Below, in pieces: positions 1-11,270 of a stretch of 64,000 nt of DNA (position 1 is the first letter of the stretch; each line of letters opens with the position of its first letter). Below the pieces are notes generated by a model that saw only the letters and a list, made by a program, of their open reading frames with translations, did no database searches and had not been told where the DNA came from. The DNA is from Gracilinanus agilis. Taxonomy: Eukaryota. The stretch spans positions 132,533,157 through 132,597,156 of the forward strand of contig NC_058130.1 of the NCBI RefSeq assembly GCF_016433145.1, in the 5' to 3' direction. The position numbers and the translations under genes were made by a program.

Positions 1-460
1 CTGTGTATTCTCAGAGGGAGATTGGGAAAATTTACCCAACACCATAGTAATGAGTTTCTTTATCCGCTCTTGGACTAAGGAACTGGACGTTCCTCAATGG
101 TCCTGGGTTTGTGTTTTCAGCACTGGCTAGCGGACAGGGAAAAGATTAAGAATGAGGAAGAGAATGTGAAAGGGCGTGGGATGCAGATAAGGAGGGGACT
201 GGAATAAGAAAGGTTCCCAGGTAAATGAAACAAACAATGAGTTTTCAATATCTACTAATAGTTTTAGCAAGGAACAAAGATGGGGATAAAAATGGGGAAA
301 AGATGAGAGATGGAGGTGGTTCTCGTTAGCCATCATATTCACAGTTTCCCTGACACTGCCTGTGTCTGTGGTTAGGGGCTCATTCAGTGATCAAAGCCAG
401 GACTCAGTCTAGAAGAAGATGTCACTCGATCTGTGGCCAGGGTTGGGTCAGTCTTTGGTG

Positions 461-654
461 CAGTGGTTCCCAAACTTTTTTGGCCTACTGCCCCCTTTCC
501 AGAAAAAAATATTACTTAGCACCCCTGAAAATTAATTTTTAAAAATTTTAATAGCAATTAATAGGAAAGATAAATGCACCTGTGACCATCACCACTTCCA
601 TGGATCGCTGCAGCACCCACCAGGGGGTGGTGGTGCCCACTTTGGGAATCACTG
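461..654. mobile_element. Non-autonomous hAT DNA transposon (MITE, Charlie/OposCharlie-like), well preserved
   Basis: TIRs cagtggttcccaaact (461-476) and the reverse complement of the right end, cagtgattcccaaagt (639-654), match 14/16. Length 194 bp with an AT-rich interior. No 8-bp TSD visible. Confidence 0.85.
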
Positions 655-825
655 GAATTCTTCTCTTTGTAAAGTAGATTGGACTTGATAGTTGGACTGT
701 TTAGTTTACGTGACGCATGTTGGCTATTATCAGGACCTAAGGAGTTGTTTGTGATGCATGTCTGAGATCTTGATCCCATGTTTGTTATCCTGTGTAAATG
801 TGATTTGAGAATTATAATGATGATG

Positions 826-1075
826 GATAGTATTTATAAAGCACCTACTATGTGCCAGGGGCTATGCTAACCATTTCACAATTATTGTCTCATTTGATCC
901 TCATAACAACCCTGGAAGGTAGGTGCTATTATTATCTCCATTTTATAGATGGTAAACCAAGGCAAACAGAGGTTAAGTGACTTGCCTCGGGTCACATAGT
1001 TAGTACTATCTGAGGCTGGATTTGAACTGTGGTCTTCCCAGCCCACCGCTATCCACTGAGCCAGCTAGCTGTCTA
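826..1075 (-). mobile_element. CORE-SINE (MIR/MAR-type)
   Basis: Reverse-strand MIR core (gttaagtgacttgcc..ggtcaca, ggatttgaact) and tRNA-like head (ctatccactgagccagctagctg). Confidence 0.75.
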
Positions 1076-1849
1076 GGAGAAACAGAGAGTCTTGGAATGG
1101 TAGAAATTAAACCCAGAGGGCAGCAGAGAAAAAAGAGGAAACACACTCCCTCAACTGAATGGGAGGGACAACAGGGTCCCAAGGACTGAGGAAGGCAAGA
1201 AGTCATGGTGAGATGCAGTATCTCTAATCTCCAGGGAGTGCCTATCTCCAATTCTCATTGGTAAGTCCCTCACCTAAAAAGATGTAGGTTTCTGGGTAGG
1301 GAAGAAGATGGCACTTGCAGGTGTTTGTGGGCTAAAAAGTTAAAGCAAGCCTTCATTGATGGATAAAGGGTGAAAGCAGGGTATAGGAGATTCAAGATTC
1401 AGCAGGAGGATGCTGGGGGACACTAATCAGTAAATGAAAGAGAAGTATTATAGGTTTAGAGCTAGAAGGGATATCAGAGATCAAATCTAGCCCCCTTCTT
1501 CGGCATATTCCTCATGGCCTGGAAAGTGTAAGATTTGGGAGAAGGGTATAGGAATAGAGAGAAAAAGAACATGAAGAGCAAAAGAGCAGGGTAGGGTTGG
1601 GTTCATAATGAGATCCATATCTAGGAGTGTTTGTTGAAATAAACAACCTTAATACCAACTGGCTGTATGACTTAGCAAACCACTTCCCTCCCTTCTGTGC
1701 CTCAGTTTCCTCATGTGTCAGATGAGAAAATTAAACTGGATAGGCAGAGTAGTAGGGTGGAGAGTTCTAGACTCAGAGTCCTGAACACATGAGTTCCAAT
1801 CCTCCCAAATTCTGACACTTAGATGCATGAGACAAATGGTTTCTTAACC

Positions 1850-2243
1850 TTTATTTGCTTCCTCAAATCCTATCATCCGTCCACACTGGATGACTTTCTT
1901 TTCCTAGCATAAGATGCTTCATCTCTTCTCTCTCTTCCTTAATACTGTCTCTCACGCCTGGAATGCTCTCACCAAAGCTTATTCCCTTCCTCCAAGACTC
2001 AGATCAAATCTCAGACTCCTGAAGGAAGCCTTTCCCAGTCCCTCCAGCTTCTTGTAACTTCCCTCTAAAATTACTTTTTCTCTATTCTGGATTTACATTG
2101 TATATAACTAGTTCTTACCAACTGTCCTGACTTCACTAAAAGGTGAGCTACTAGAGAACAGGGATTGTTCTTGCTCCTCTTTGTATCCCAAATTCTTAAC
2201 AGTCTCTGATGCATTTTGAACACTTAAAAATACTTGTTGATGA
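1850..2243 (+). mobile_element. L2 LINE 3' end
   Basis: L2 motifs gcctggaatgctct and gaagcctttccc, and a terminal ...aaatacttgttgatga. Confidence 0.6.
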
Positions 2244-2885
2244 AGACTGACCTACTGTATCATAAACAGGTTGCAATCTGTATTTGTGAAGGAGATTCCC
2301 ACAGTGCGAGTTCTCCTGCATATCCTTCTCATATCCCATAGGTTAGGTGGTCTGTGGTTCCTTTCAAATCACTGCAGAGCATGTAAGAATATCAGATTTG
2401 GAAAAGACCTTAGAAGAAAGAAGCAATGACATTTCCTGTTGGAGTAGAGTGCAATTTGGTCTTATAGCTCAGAGTCTTTGGAGAACAAAGCTCAGGAAAC
2501 CCTTTTTACTGGGTCTCAACTGGAGATTGTATGACTAGACAGAAGAGACCCATTTCCTCAGGGACTATTAAAGCTCAGAGATAGTTTAGGGCATGTGCTT
2601 TGAGAAGGAGGATAGAATCGCAAATATCAGAAGGGATCCTAGTGTCCAAGCCTCTAATTTTACAGGCAAAGAAGCTGAAGTCTAGGGAAAGGAAGTGACT
2701 TGTCTAAAGTCACACACCAATTTAGGAGAAATAATATCAGAATTCAGATCTTCTAGCTTAAGGTGCAAGGGATGAATGTTGGATTTGGATTCAGAGGGCT
2801 TAAGTTCAAATCCTTATTTTCCCCTAATTCACAATGAACATGCCATCAAGATTTTTTTCTTTTAGTCTTCCATTTTATCTTTCTC

Positions 2886-3069
2886 TTTTTAAAAACACTT
2901 ACCATCTTTTTGTGTAAGTTCCAAGGCAGAAGAGTAGTAGAGACTAGGCAATGACAGTTAAGTAAACTGTCCGGGGTCACACACCTAGGAAGTAGCTGAA
3001 GCTAGATTTGAACTCAGGACCTTCCATCTCTAGGCCCAGCATTCAAACCATTGAGTCACCTAGCTGCCT
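2886..3069 (-). mobile_element. Opossum-type SINE1 (CORE-SINE)
   Basis: ttccaaggcagaagagtagta tail, core and head in reverse orientation. Confidence 0.8.
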
Positions 3070-4039
3070 CCTTCCATTTTCCTTTATTCACTAATGATAT
3101 GTTGAAAGCTACTGGCATATTAATAATGTACAATAGGGCTTGACCTTGTTGACATAAACAAATTTACTACCAATTGACTGTGTGATTTAGCAAGCCACTT
3201 CCCACTCCCTCTGCCTCAGTTTCTCCACATGTCAAATGAGAAAACTAAACTGGATAGGCAGAATGGTGGGTTGGAGAATTCTAGGCTTAGAGTCCTGAAG
3301 ACCTAAATTCAGATCCCACTTCTGACATGAGATATAAGTCAGAACGAATCAGTTACTTATAGCTTTTGGTGGGAGGAACCCATTATTTAGAAAATAATTG
3401 ATTCTTTCTTTAGTTATATAGCTAGGAAAGAGAATAAGCTTTTAAATAGCACCTGCTTTGTGTCAAGCACTGTGCTAAACCTTTTTTAAAAAATATTCTC
3501 TTTTCACATCAGTATATCTTTGTTTTATTTTGGGGTTTCGATTATATTTGAGTGTGCTCTTACAACAATGACCAACATGGAAGTATATTTTATGTAAGTA
3601 TGACAATAAAATATGGGGGAAATTTATACAGATGAGGGAAAATATATACATGTATATTCTCTCATTTGATCCTCACAACACCCAGAGAAGTGGATGCTAT
3701 TATTACACCCATTTTATAGGGTCATGAGGCTAATGGCAGATTTGAACTCAGCTCTTCCTCTTCTAGGCCCAGCACTCTATCCACTGTGACATCTAGTAAA
3801 TCAACATAAGAGATTGGTCTTCTTTGGGGTTTTTGTTTGTTTTAAAGGAAAGAGAATAAAATAATACACTTTGGGATAAAAATATATGAGTCTTGAAGAG
3901 ACATAAATAGGCTTAGAACATTTAAAAACTTTATGTAACTGAATTTTTTCTAATTTGTAAAAGTATTCAATTATTTAAATAGGGAAAAGAGTGCTAGTAC
4001 TGGATGTCCCAAAAGTTTTAGTGCTGGAATTGCACTGAC

Positions 4040-4223
4040 TTTTTTTTTAAACCCTCACCTTCCACCTTAGATTCAATACTATTTATTAGTTCCAAGGCAG
4101 AAGAGTGATAAGGGCTAGGCAATGGGGGTTAAGTGACATACCCAGGGTCACACAGCTAAGAAGTATTTAAGATCAGATTTGAACCCAGGATCTCCCCATC
4201 CACTGAGCTACCCAGCTGCCCCC
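4040..4223 (-). mobile_element. Opossum-type SINE1
   Basis: Poly-T, aaaccctcaccttccaccttagattcaatact tail, core and head cccagctgcccc. Imperfect TSD tgcact(a)(a)gactttt. Confidence 0.88.
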
Positions 4224-4289
4224 TGCACTAAGACTTTTGAGACACCCTGCATTTTCTAGCTACTCCTTGCCTCTCTTACATTGAGTTTC

Positions 4290-4475
4290 ATAAATATTAA
4301 GATGTTTAATATATGATATCTTTTGAATAATATGGAAATAGGTATCCAGTTATAACACTTGTATAACCCAGTGGAATTTCTTGTCAGCTCTGGGAGGGGG
4401 GAATGAAATGGGGAGAGAAAGAACATGAATCCTGTAACCATGGGAAAAAATTTTAAAATTTAAAAAAAATAGTGA
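4290..4475 (+). mobile_element. L1 3' end (opossum-type)
   Basis: tgtataacccagtggaatt...gaaagaacatgaatcctgtaaccatgg followed by an A-rich tail. Confidence 0.8.
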
Positions 4476-4574
4476 AAAATATATATGATATTTTTTTAGA
4501 TTCAAAATCTAATTCTATTCTCACTCCTTTGTTTTGCTATAATATAACCTCATAATTTCGATTTACATGCTTTT

Positions 4575-4755
4575 TATTAAGCCTTACCTTCCATCTTAGA
4601 ATCAATACCATATATTGGTTCCAAGGTAGAAGAACAGGAGGACTAGGCAATGAGAGTTAAGTGGCTCACCCAGGGTCATACAGCTAGGAAGTGTCTACCT
4701 AGGACCTCCCATCTCTAAGCCTGGCTCTCAATCAACTGAGCCACCCAACTGCCCC
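4575..4755 (-). mobile_element. Opossum-type SINE1
   Basis: ccttaccttccatcttagaatcaatac tail; head gagccacccaactgcccc. Confidence 0.85.
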
Positions 4756-5510
4756 CTTTATATGCTTTTAATACAAAATTTACAAATTTATTTGTAAATA
4801 TTATATTGTAAATATATATATATATAAATATTATAAATACACAATTACATATTACAAATAGCCAGCCTAGGCTATACAAGAAAAATGAAATTTTTTTTTT
4901 GCTTCAAAAAGATAAAAACCCTCCCCCTGCCATTCACTACCTACAGTATGTGACTTTGAGTAAAGTATTTAATTTTTCTAGACTCCAATTTATAAAATGA
5001 GACAGTTGGTCATGGGGACCTCCAAGGACTCCTCCATCTCCTAATCAAGGATCCTAGGAACTCCTAGTCCAGTCCTCACCTCCGTCCCCCTGGCTATTCA
5101 AGGGGAAATAATGGGAGAAAACCTCATCCTCTTCTATACGGAGAGCCTCGGGCAGAGCGGCAGCTTGGGTCAGGGGCATGGACAGGGAGACCAAGGAAAG
5201 AGCCATGTCCTGAGCTAAACCAAGCAGGAATTCCATAACTATGCTCTGTGTGTGTGTGCATCTCTGTTGGAACTGCCGACCTGTCCATGTTGGTGTCTCT
5301 TTATTCCTCAGACTTGGGTACATCATGGCCCATTGGGTAGCTATTTCTGTTCTTCCCACGGGAGAAGAGATCAAACTGGGGAGAGATCAGAGACAAAGTT
5401 TTGTCCCTTAGCTCTAGCCCTGGCAGGGGGAACATGTCTCAAGTCCTGGGGCAGAAGAAGACAGAGAGGAAGAGAGAAAGGTTGGAGAAATAAGTGGCAG
5501 AGACTAATCA

Positions 5511-5840
5511 TTTGTTGTTGTTGCCTCATTTCAGTCCTGTCCAACTCTTCGTGGCCCCATTTGGAGTTTTCTTGGTAAAGAGATGGAATACTTTGCCAAT
5601 CTCTTTTCCAGCTCGTTTTATAGATGAAGAAACTGCAGGAAACAAGGTTCAGTGACTTGTTACTAGTCCATGTGAGGCCAGATTTGAACTTGGGTCATTT
5701 TATATTTTAAAATGAAAAACAGAGGCAAATGGTTAAGAGATTCTCCCAGGGTCATATAGCTAGTAAATGTCTGAAGCCAGATTTGAACCCCCAAAGATGA
5801 GTCTTACTGCCTCCAGCTCTATCCCCATACCATCTAGCTG
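5511..5840 (-). mobile_element. MAR1-type CORE-SINE with RTE/BovB-like tail (possibly two overlapping copies)
   Basis: ttgttgttg..cagtcctgtccaactcttcgtggccccatttggagttttcttgg is the reverse of the BovB-like tail, followed by MIR core. Confidence 0.75.
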
Positions 5841-6227
5841 ACATTTATGTCAGCTCTTTACAATTTATCATTTTCATATACATTCGTTTATTGACAATAA
5901 CCTCACAACAACCCTGGGAGATGGACAAGGATAAAAGTTATTCTGCCCACATTAGAGATGAGGTAACTGAGCCTCAGAGATGTTAATAGTTAGAACCTGA
6001 CAAAACCTATCCTTGAACCCAGGTTTACTAAGACCAAATGCACTGCTCTTTCTACTGTATATAGCAAGAATTTACCAGATCTTCTATAATATTCCCATTT
6101 TCTTGTATTTGAATAGAAATGAGCTGGCTCAAAAGAGACAATTATTGACAATTATTAAATTAGTATGAGAATGTATACTGTGACAAATCAGTTTGTCTTA
6201 TTGTTTTGTTGGACTTTTAAAAGTGAT

Positions 6228-6963
6228 GAGGATAGAAAGAGAAATTATACTTAAGATCACTCTAGGGGGCAGCTGGGTAGTTCAGTGGATTGAGAGCCAG
6301 ACTAGAGATGGGAGGTCCTGGGTTCAAATTTGGCCTCAGACGCTTCCTAACTATGTGACTCTGGGCAAGTCACTTAACCCCCATTGCCTAGCCTTTACCA
6401 CTCTTGGAGCCACAGGATATTGATTCTATGGTGGAAGGTAAGGGTTTTAAAAATAAAAATAAATAAAAATATAAGAACAAAAATGAAATCACTCTAGACA
6501 ATATAAAATACTTGGGAATTTATTTTGCCAAGACAAACATAGAAATTATATTAACGTAATTACAAAATACTTTTCATACAAATAAAGTTAGATGTAAACA
6601 ATTGGGAAAACATTAATTGTTCATGGGTAGGAAGAGCTAATATAATAAAAATGACAATCCTACCTAAATGAATTTATTTATTCAGTGCCATACCAATCAA
6701 ACTTCCAAAAAACTATTTTGTAGAGGTAGGAAAAAATAATAAAAAATTCATCTGGAAAAACAAAAGATCAAGAATATAAAGGGAACTAATGAAAAACAAA
6801 ATGTGATAGATGATGGCTACCAGTACCAGATCTCAAACTGTACTATAAAGCAGTAATTGTCAAAATAATCTGGTACTGGCTAAGAAATATAATGATGGAT
6901 CAATGGAATAGAGTAAGGGTAAATGACCTCAGCAATCTAGTGTTTGATAGACCCAAAGATCCA
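6228..6963 (+). mobile_element. L1 ORF2 fragment (late RT and downstream), degraded, interrupted by a SINE1
   Basis: Conceptual translation gives [99 protein letters not shown]. Stops and frameshifts are present. Confidence 0.95.
6266..6487 (+). mobile_element. SINE1 nested in L1
   Basis: Full head, core and tail. 10-bp TSD atcactctag at 6256-6265 and 6488-6497. Confidence 0.93.
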
Positions 6964-7051
6964 TGGTTGTTAAATGCTCCAGGACAATTCTGGATTTTAT
7001 CCCATGGAAGGGACAGCATGGTGCCATGTGTAGAGCACTGGTCCTGGAGGA

Positions 7052-7289
7052 GGGGAGCAATTAGGTGGCATGGTGAATAGAGTGCCAGGCTTGGAGTCAG
7101 GGTGCTTCATTTTCCTGAATTCAAATCTTGTCTCAGACACTCCCTAACTCTGTGATCCTGGGCAACTCACTTAACCCTATTTGCCTCACTTTCCTCATCT
7201 GTAAAATGAGATGGAGAAGTAAATGGTAAAGCACTCCAGTGTCTTTGCCAAGAACAGGTACAGTTGGACATGACTGAACAACGACTTAG
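7052..7289 (+). mobile_element. MAR1-type SINE nested in an older MIR (MIR ~7010-7500)
   Basis: Head gcaattaggtggcatggtg, then core, then tail cactccagtgtctttgccaagaa..gacatgactgaacaac. MIR head sequence precedes it and the MIR body resumes after it. Confidence 0.78.
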
Positions 7290-7569
7290 AGGAGGGAGGA
7301 AGATTTGCATTCAAATCCAGCCTCAGATATATATACTAGCTATGTGACCCTGAGTCAGTTACTTTAACATCTCTGAGACTGCACATCCTGGGTTGTAAAA
7401 TGGGAGTAATAAAAGTATCCCTTTTAGAGAATTGTTCTGAGGACCAAGTGAAATATGTAAAAATCTTTACAAATCTTAGAGCCAATATTTGTTTAAGAAA
7501 CCAAAAAATTCCCCAGAAATTCAATATTTTGGAAAATAGGGACTAGATGAATCCAGTCAATAATCATTA

Positions 7570-7820
7570 TTATAAAAACGTTCATGAGACACACATTGAG
7601 ACATGCAAAGTTCTCTAGACTCCCAGGCTGAAAACAACAAAACCTGAGTATTCCAGCCTAGATCACATGTGTACACATGGATGATGTCGGTCATGAGAAG
7701 GGAGAAAGTGAATTGCAGTGGTAAAAACTGACTGAAATACAGCAAGTCAAAAAACCCGGGTACACTTTGTCACATGCACTAAGAAAACATCTCTATGCAA
7801 TTGTGAGCTGATAAAGATAC
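7570..7820 (+). mobile_element. Possible very old RTE/BovB-like 3' ORF remnant
   Basis: Weak similarity on translation (GHV..MDD; ELQW.K..Q.K) only. Confidence 0.3.
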
Positions 7821-7849
7821 AAAGAATTCCATAATCCTTTATCATAGGT

Positions 7850-8015
7850 GCAGTTAGGTAGTACAATGGACAGAGCACCAAGTCTGGAGTCAGGAGGACT
7901 CAGATGGTTCCTAGCCAGGTGACCTAGGCAAGTCACTTAACCTCCATTTGCCTAGCCTTTGCCCTTTTGCCCAAGAGTTGTTACTAAGATAGAAACTAAA
8001 GCTTTTTTTTTTTTT
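7850..8015 (+). mobile_element. Marsupial CORE-SINE (SINE1/SINE2-type)
   Basis: gcagttaggtagtacaatggacagagc head and cattgcctagcc core end. Confidence 0.75.
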
Positions 8016-8639
8016 TAAATAAGCATTTATTAAGAAAAGGGCTGTGTTATACTTGATTAGGAAGACAGGAAAAGGAATTCAAATCTTGCTTTCCAAAATT
8101 TAGTGGCTGTGTGACTTTGGACAAATTATTTAATCCTTCTGGACTCTATTTCCTCATCTGTAAAATGAAGAGGTCAGACTTGATGACCTCTAATGTCTCT
8201 TCTGGCCTCTGAAATAGTCCCTACCCTTAAGGAGTTTATAGTCTCCCGATTGAAAGAAGGGAATGATCACGAGAGCTTTCAAACACCATCCTAGGCACTT
8301 TTGTAGGTGACCCAAATGGAAAAGGAATGGACAAATGGTAGCCATAAGTGGGCCACAGTGTATTACCAAAGATGACTTGCATTGGAGAGGTGGATTCAAA
8401 GGCATCAGGGTCAAGCAGCATGATTTAATGAAAAGAGCTCTGATTTAGAATCAAAGTTCAAAATTCTCACTTTGCTACTCACCTGTGTGGCCTTGGACAG
8501 ACCATTTTTTACTTTGAGCCCCAATTTCCTCCTCCAAAAAATTAAGGGCTTGGGAAAATGATCTGTAAAATGAAGGAGTTGGACTAGATGGCCTCTGAGG
8601 TCCTTTATAATCCTGTGATGTCTAAGGCCCCTTCCAGCT

Positions 8640-8910
8640 CTAATATTGTATTCTAAGTATAACCTCAAAAAGGATCTGGACCATTTGTGTGTATATGTGA
8701 GGGATGGCAAATGGATAGAGCTTGTATTCTGGTATCCACAAAAGACTGAAAAGACCAGAGGAAGGCATCCAGGGAGGATCCTTTATGGAGGATTGACAGA
8801 AATACATGAAGAAGAATTGCCCAGGATAAGAAAGCAGAAATGAGTTGCAATCTGCACAACTGGAGGGACTATCCACCCAGAGGAGATCGTGGATGCATCC
8901 AAATACTAAA
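8640..8910 (+). mobile_element. RTE-clade LINE 3' end
   Basis: ORF 8646-8843 contains RDGKW..FWYP.KT.KTRGRHP, matching the RTE C-terminal RDxRW...WxP...KRxRGRP pattern. Tail tgcaatctgcacaactggaggg follows. Confidence 0.7.
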
Positions 8911-9267
8911 ATATTGTAGACTTTTGAAGTTGCTTGAAATGTATTTAAATTTACTTAATTATAAGCTTTAGTTGTGTGTCAAAATGAATGAAATGTAGAC
9001 CTACAACTAGGACAGGGCAACTGGGGTTCAATAGGCATTCTTCTTGCCCACTTCATCCTCACAAAATCTTGAGGTCCTTTGAAAGCCTGTAGCATCTTGC
9101 TCCCTACCCCACCCCAAAAGCTGGCTTTCCCACACTTCTGTGACCCACCAGTTGTCTTTCCTCCTCTATCCCCTCTTTAGTGGATCAGGAGTTATCAGCC
9201 CTGCCACCCTATTAAGCCTAGATTTGCTGGCAGACTGACCCCCTCCTAGTCCAGTCTAGTTCACCCA

Positions 9268-9423
9268 ATGAGACACATGTAAAACCCAGGAGAATTGCAC
9301 ATCGCCTACGGGAAGGGGGTGGGGAGAGGGAAGGGAAAGAACATGAATCTTGTAACCATGGCAAAATATTCTAAATTAATTAATTAAATAAAAATCCCCC
9401 AAAAGTTAAAAAATAAAATAAAA
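9268..9423 (+). mobile_element. 5'-truncated L1 insertion (3' end only) with intact TSD
   Basis: L1 terminus gaaagaacatgaatcttgtaaccatggcaaaatattctaaattaattaattaaataaaaa. 11-bp TSD tagttcaccca at 9257-9267 and 9424-9434. Confidence 0.9.
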
Positions 9424-9547
9424 TAGTTCACCCACTGACCAAGGATTATAATCTATGGCAAACTCCACAACTCCCCTCCCACTACTCAACTGAATTCAGC
9501 AGATTCCTCATTAGAGCTCGGGTGCAAAGGTCATGAAAAGAAAGGAG

Positions 9548-9750
9548 TCTTTTTTTTTAAACCCTTACCTTCCATCTTGGAATCAACACTGTGTATTGGT
9601 TCCAAGGCAGAAGAGTGGTAAGGGGTAGGCAATGGAGGTTAAGTGACTTGCCCAGGGTGACACAGCTAGGAAGTGTCTGAAACCAGATTTGAACCCAGGA
9701 TCTCCTGTCTCTAGGCCTGGCTCTCAATCCACTGAGCCACCTCTCTGTCC
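9548..9750 (-). mobile_element. SINE1
   Basis: ttttttttaaacccttaccttccatcttggaatcaacac...ctctcaatccactgagccacc. Confidence 0.9.
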
Positions 9751-9799
9751 CAAAACATTAAGCATTTCATGTAGTTTTCAAAAATATCCTCAGTTAGAC

Positions 9800-10100
9800 C
9801 AAGTGTCCTGATTTGGGGTTTGGAAAATAAAGTTCTGTACTTATGGAGTCTGAATGCAAATCGAAGCACACCATTTTCCACTTTATTTCTTTTATGAGTT
9901 TTTCCTCATATTTGTGATCATGTCTTCTTTCACAACATGAATGGGGGAAATGGGAAATGTAATGCACACCTGCACATGTATAACCTATATCAGGTTCCTT
10001 GCTGTCTCGAGGGAGAGAGAGAATTTAGATCATCAAATGTCAGAAAGCATGTTAAAAATTATCTCTATATATAATTGGTGAAAAATACAATGAAACCTTT
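9800..10100 (+). mobile_element. Older marsupial L1 3' UTR
   Basis: gagtctgaatgcaaatcgaagcac..gcacatgtataacctatatcag..aaaaattatctctatatataattgg pattern. Confidence 0.7.
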
Positions 10101-10141
10101 AAAGTTTGGGGGTTTTTTAAGTTCCTTTAAAGTAAAAAGAG

Positions 10142-10356
10142 TGGGGGAGCCGGGTGGCTCAGTGGATTGAGAGCCAGACCTAGAGATGGGAGGTTCTGGG
10201 TTCAAATCTGACCTCAGACATGTCCTAGCTGTGTGACCCTGGGAAAGTCACTTAACCCCCATTGCCTAGCCCTTGCCACTCTTCTGCCTTAGGAGGACCA
10301 ATACACAGTATTGATTCTAAGATGGAAGGTAAGGGCTTAAAAAAAAAAAAAGAAAG
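10142..10356 (+). mobile_element. SINE1
   Basis: Full-length with an A tail. Imperfect TSD aaagtaaaaagag / aaagtgagaagag (11/13). Confidence 0.9.
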
Positions 10357-11060
10357 AAAGTGAGAAGAGAACTATATTTTAAACCTGGCTCCAACCCTCC
10401 CTACAAATTATGCAGAAATGAACAAATTGTTTTGCCAATCTGTGCCTCAGTTTCTTCATATGACAAATGGTGGCAGTACTTGTATTATTCCACAGAGTTG
10501 TTTAAGCTTAAGAAGGATGGAAATATTAATTATTGTTATCAGATATATAAAGAGGAGGTTGATGATTCCTCAGAGAAAATGGCAGGATAGTCCTCCCAAT
10601 ACACACTGTCCTGGGGGAGTACTCCAAAGCAAATCAGAGTTGTTTCAATATTCTCCTTACAAAATAATAACCTGCTTTGCATATTCCACCAATCTCATAG
10701 ATTCATATAATTAGGCTAGGAAGAGACCTCAGATACCTAATCCAAGTATGTATAACTGAATTAAAAAAATACTAATTAGATAGCTATTTTGTGCTAAGCA
10801 CTGTGGATACAAATATCAAAATAAAAAACAGGGCCTCCCTTGAGGTATTTACTTTCCACTAGGGTGGGAATCAACTCAAGGGGACACTTTACACCATCTG
10901 GAAAGAGTCTTCGAAGCAAAAGAATACCATTAATAATCTGCTTCCTTATCTATAATCTGAAGATAAAAGCAACACATGTTTAAATAATACTTTAAGGTTT
11001 AGACTTTGCTTTCTTCATAATAATCACGAGGTAGATGTGTTTTAATAATTCTGAAGCATA

Positions 11061-11270
11061 GGGGGCAGCTGGGTAGCTCAGTAGATTGAGAACCAGACCT
11101 AGAGAAGGAAGTTCCTGAGTTCAAATGTGACCTCAGATACTTCCTAGCCATGTGACCCTGGACAAGCCACTTAACCCCCTTTGCATAGCCCTTACAACTC
11201 TTCTGCCTTGGAGCCAATACATAGTTTTGATTCTAAGGTGGAAGGTAGAGGTTTTAAAAATAATAATAAT
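11061..11270 (+). mobile_element. SINE1
   Basis: gggggcagctgggtagctcagtagattgag...ggtggaaggtagaggttttaaaaa. Confidence 0.9.

Noticed and set aside
703-716. Overlapping HRE/CRE-like word tacgtgacgca
   Set aside because: It is a single short motif without a cluster or nearby promoter, so it cannot be supported from sequence alone.
5054-5578. Overlapping 106/108-aa ORFs on opposite strands
   Set aside because: There is no recognisable protein, the plus ORF ends in a MAR1 SINE, and no convincing splice sites bound them.
7666-7679. 14-bp perfect palindrome catgtgtacacatg
   Set aside because: It is isolated, built from low-complexity CA/TG sequence, and plausible by chance in 64 kb.
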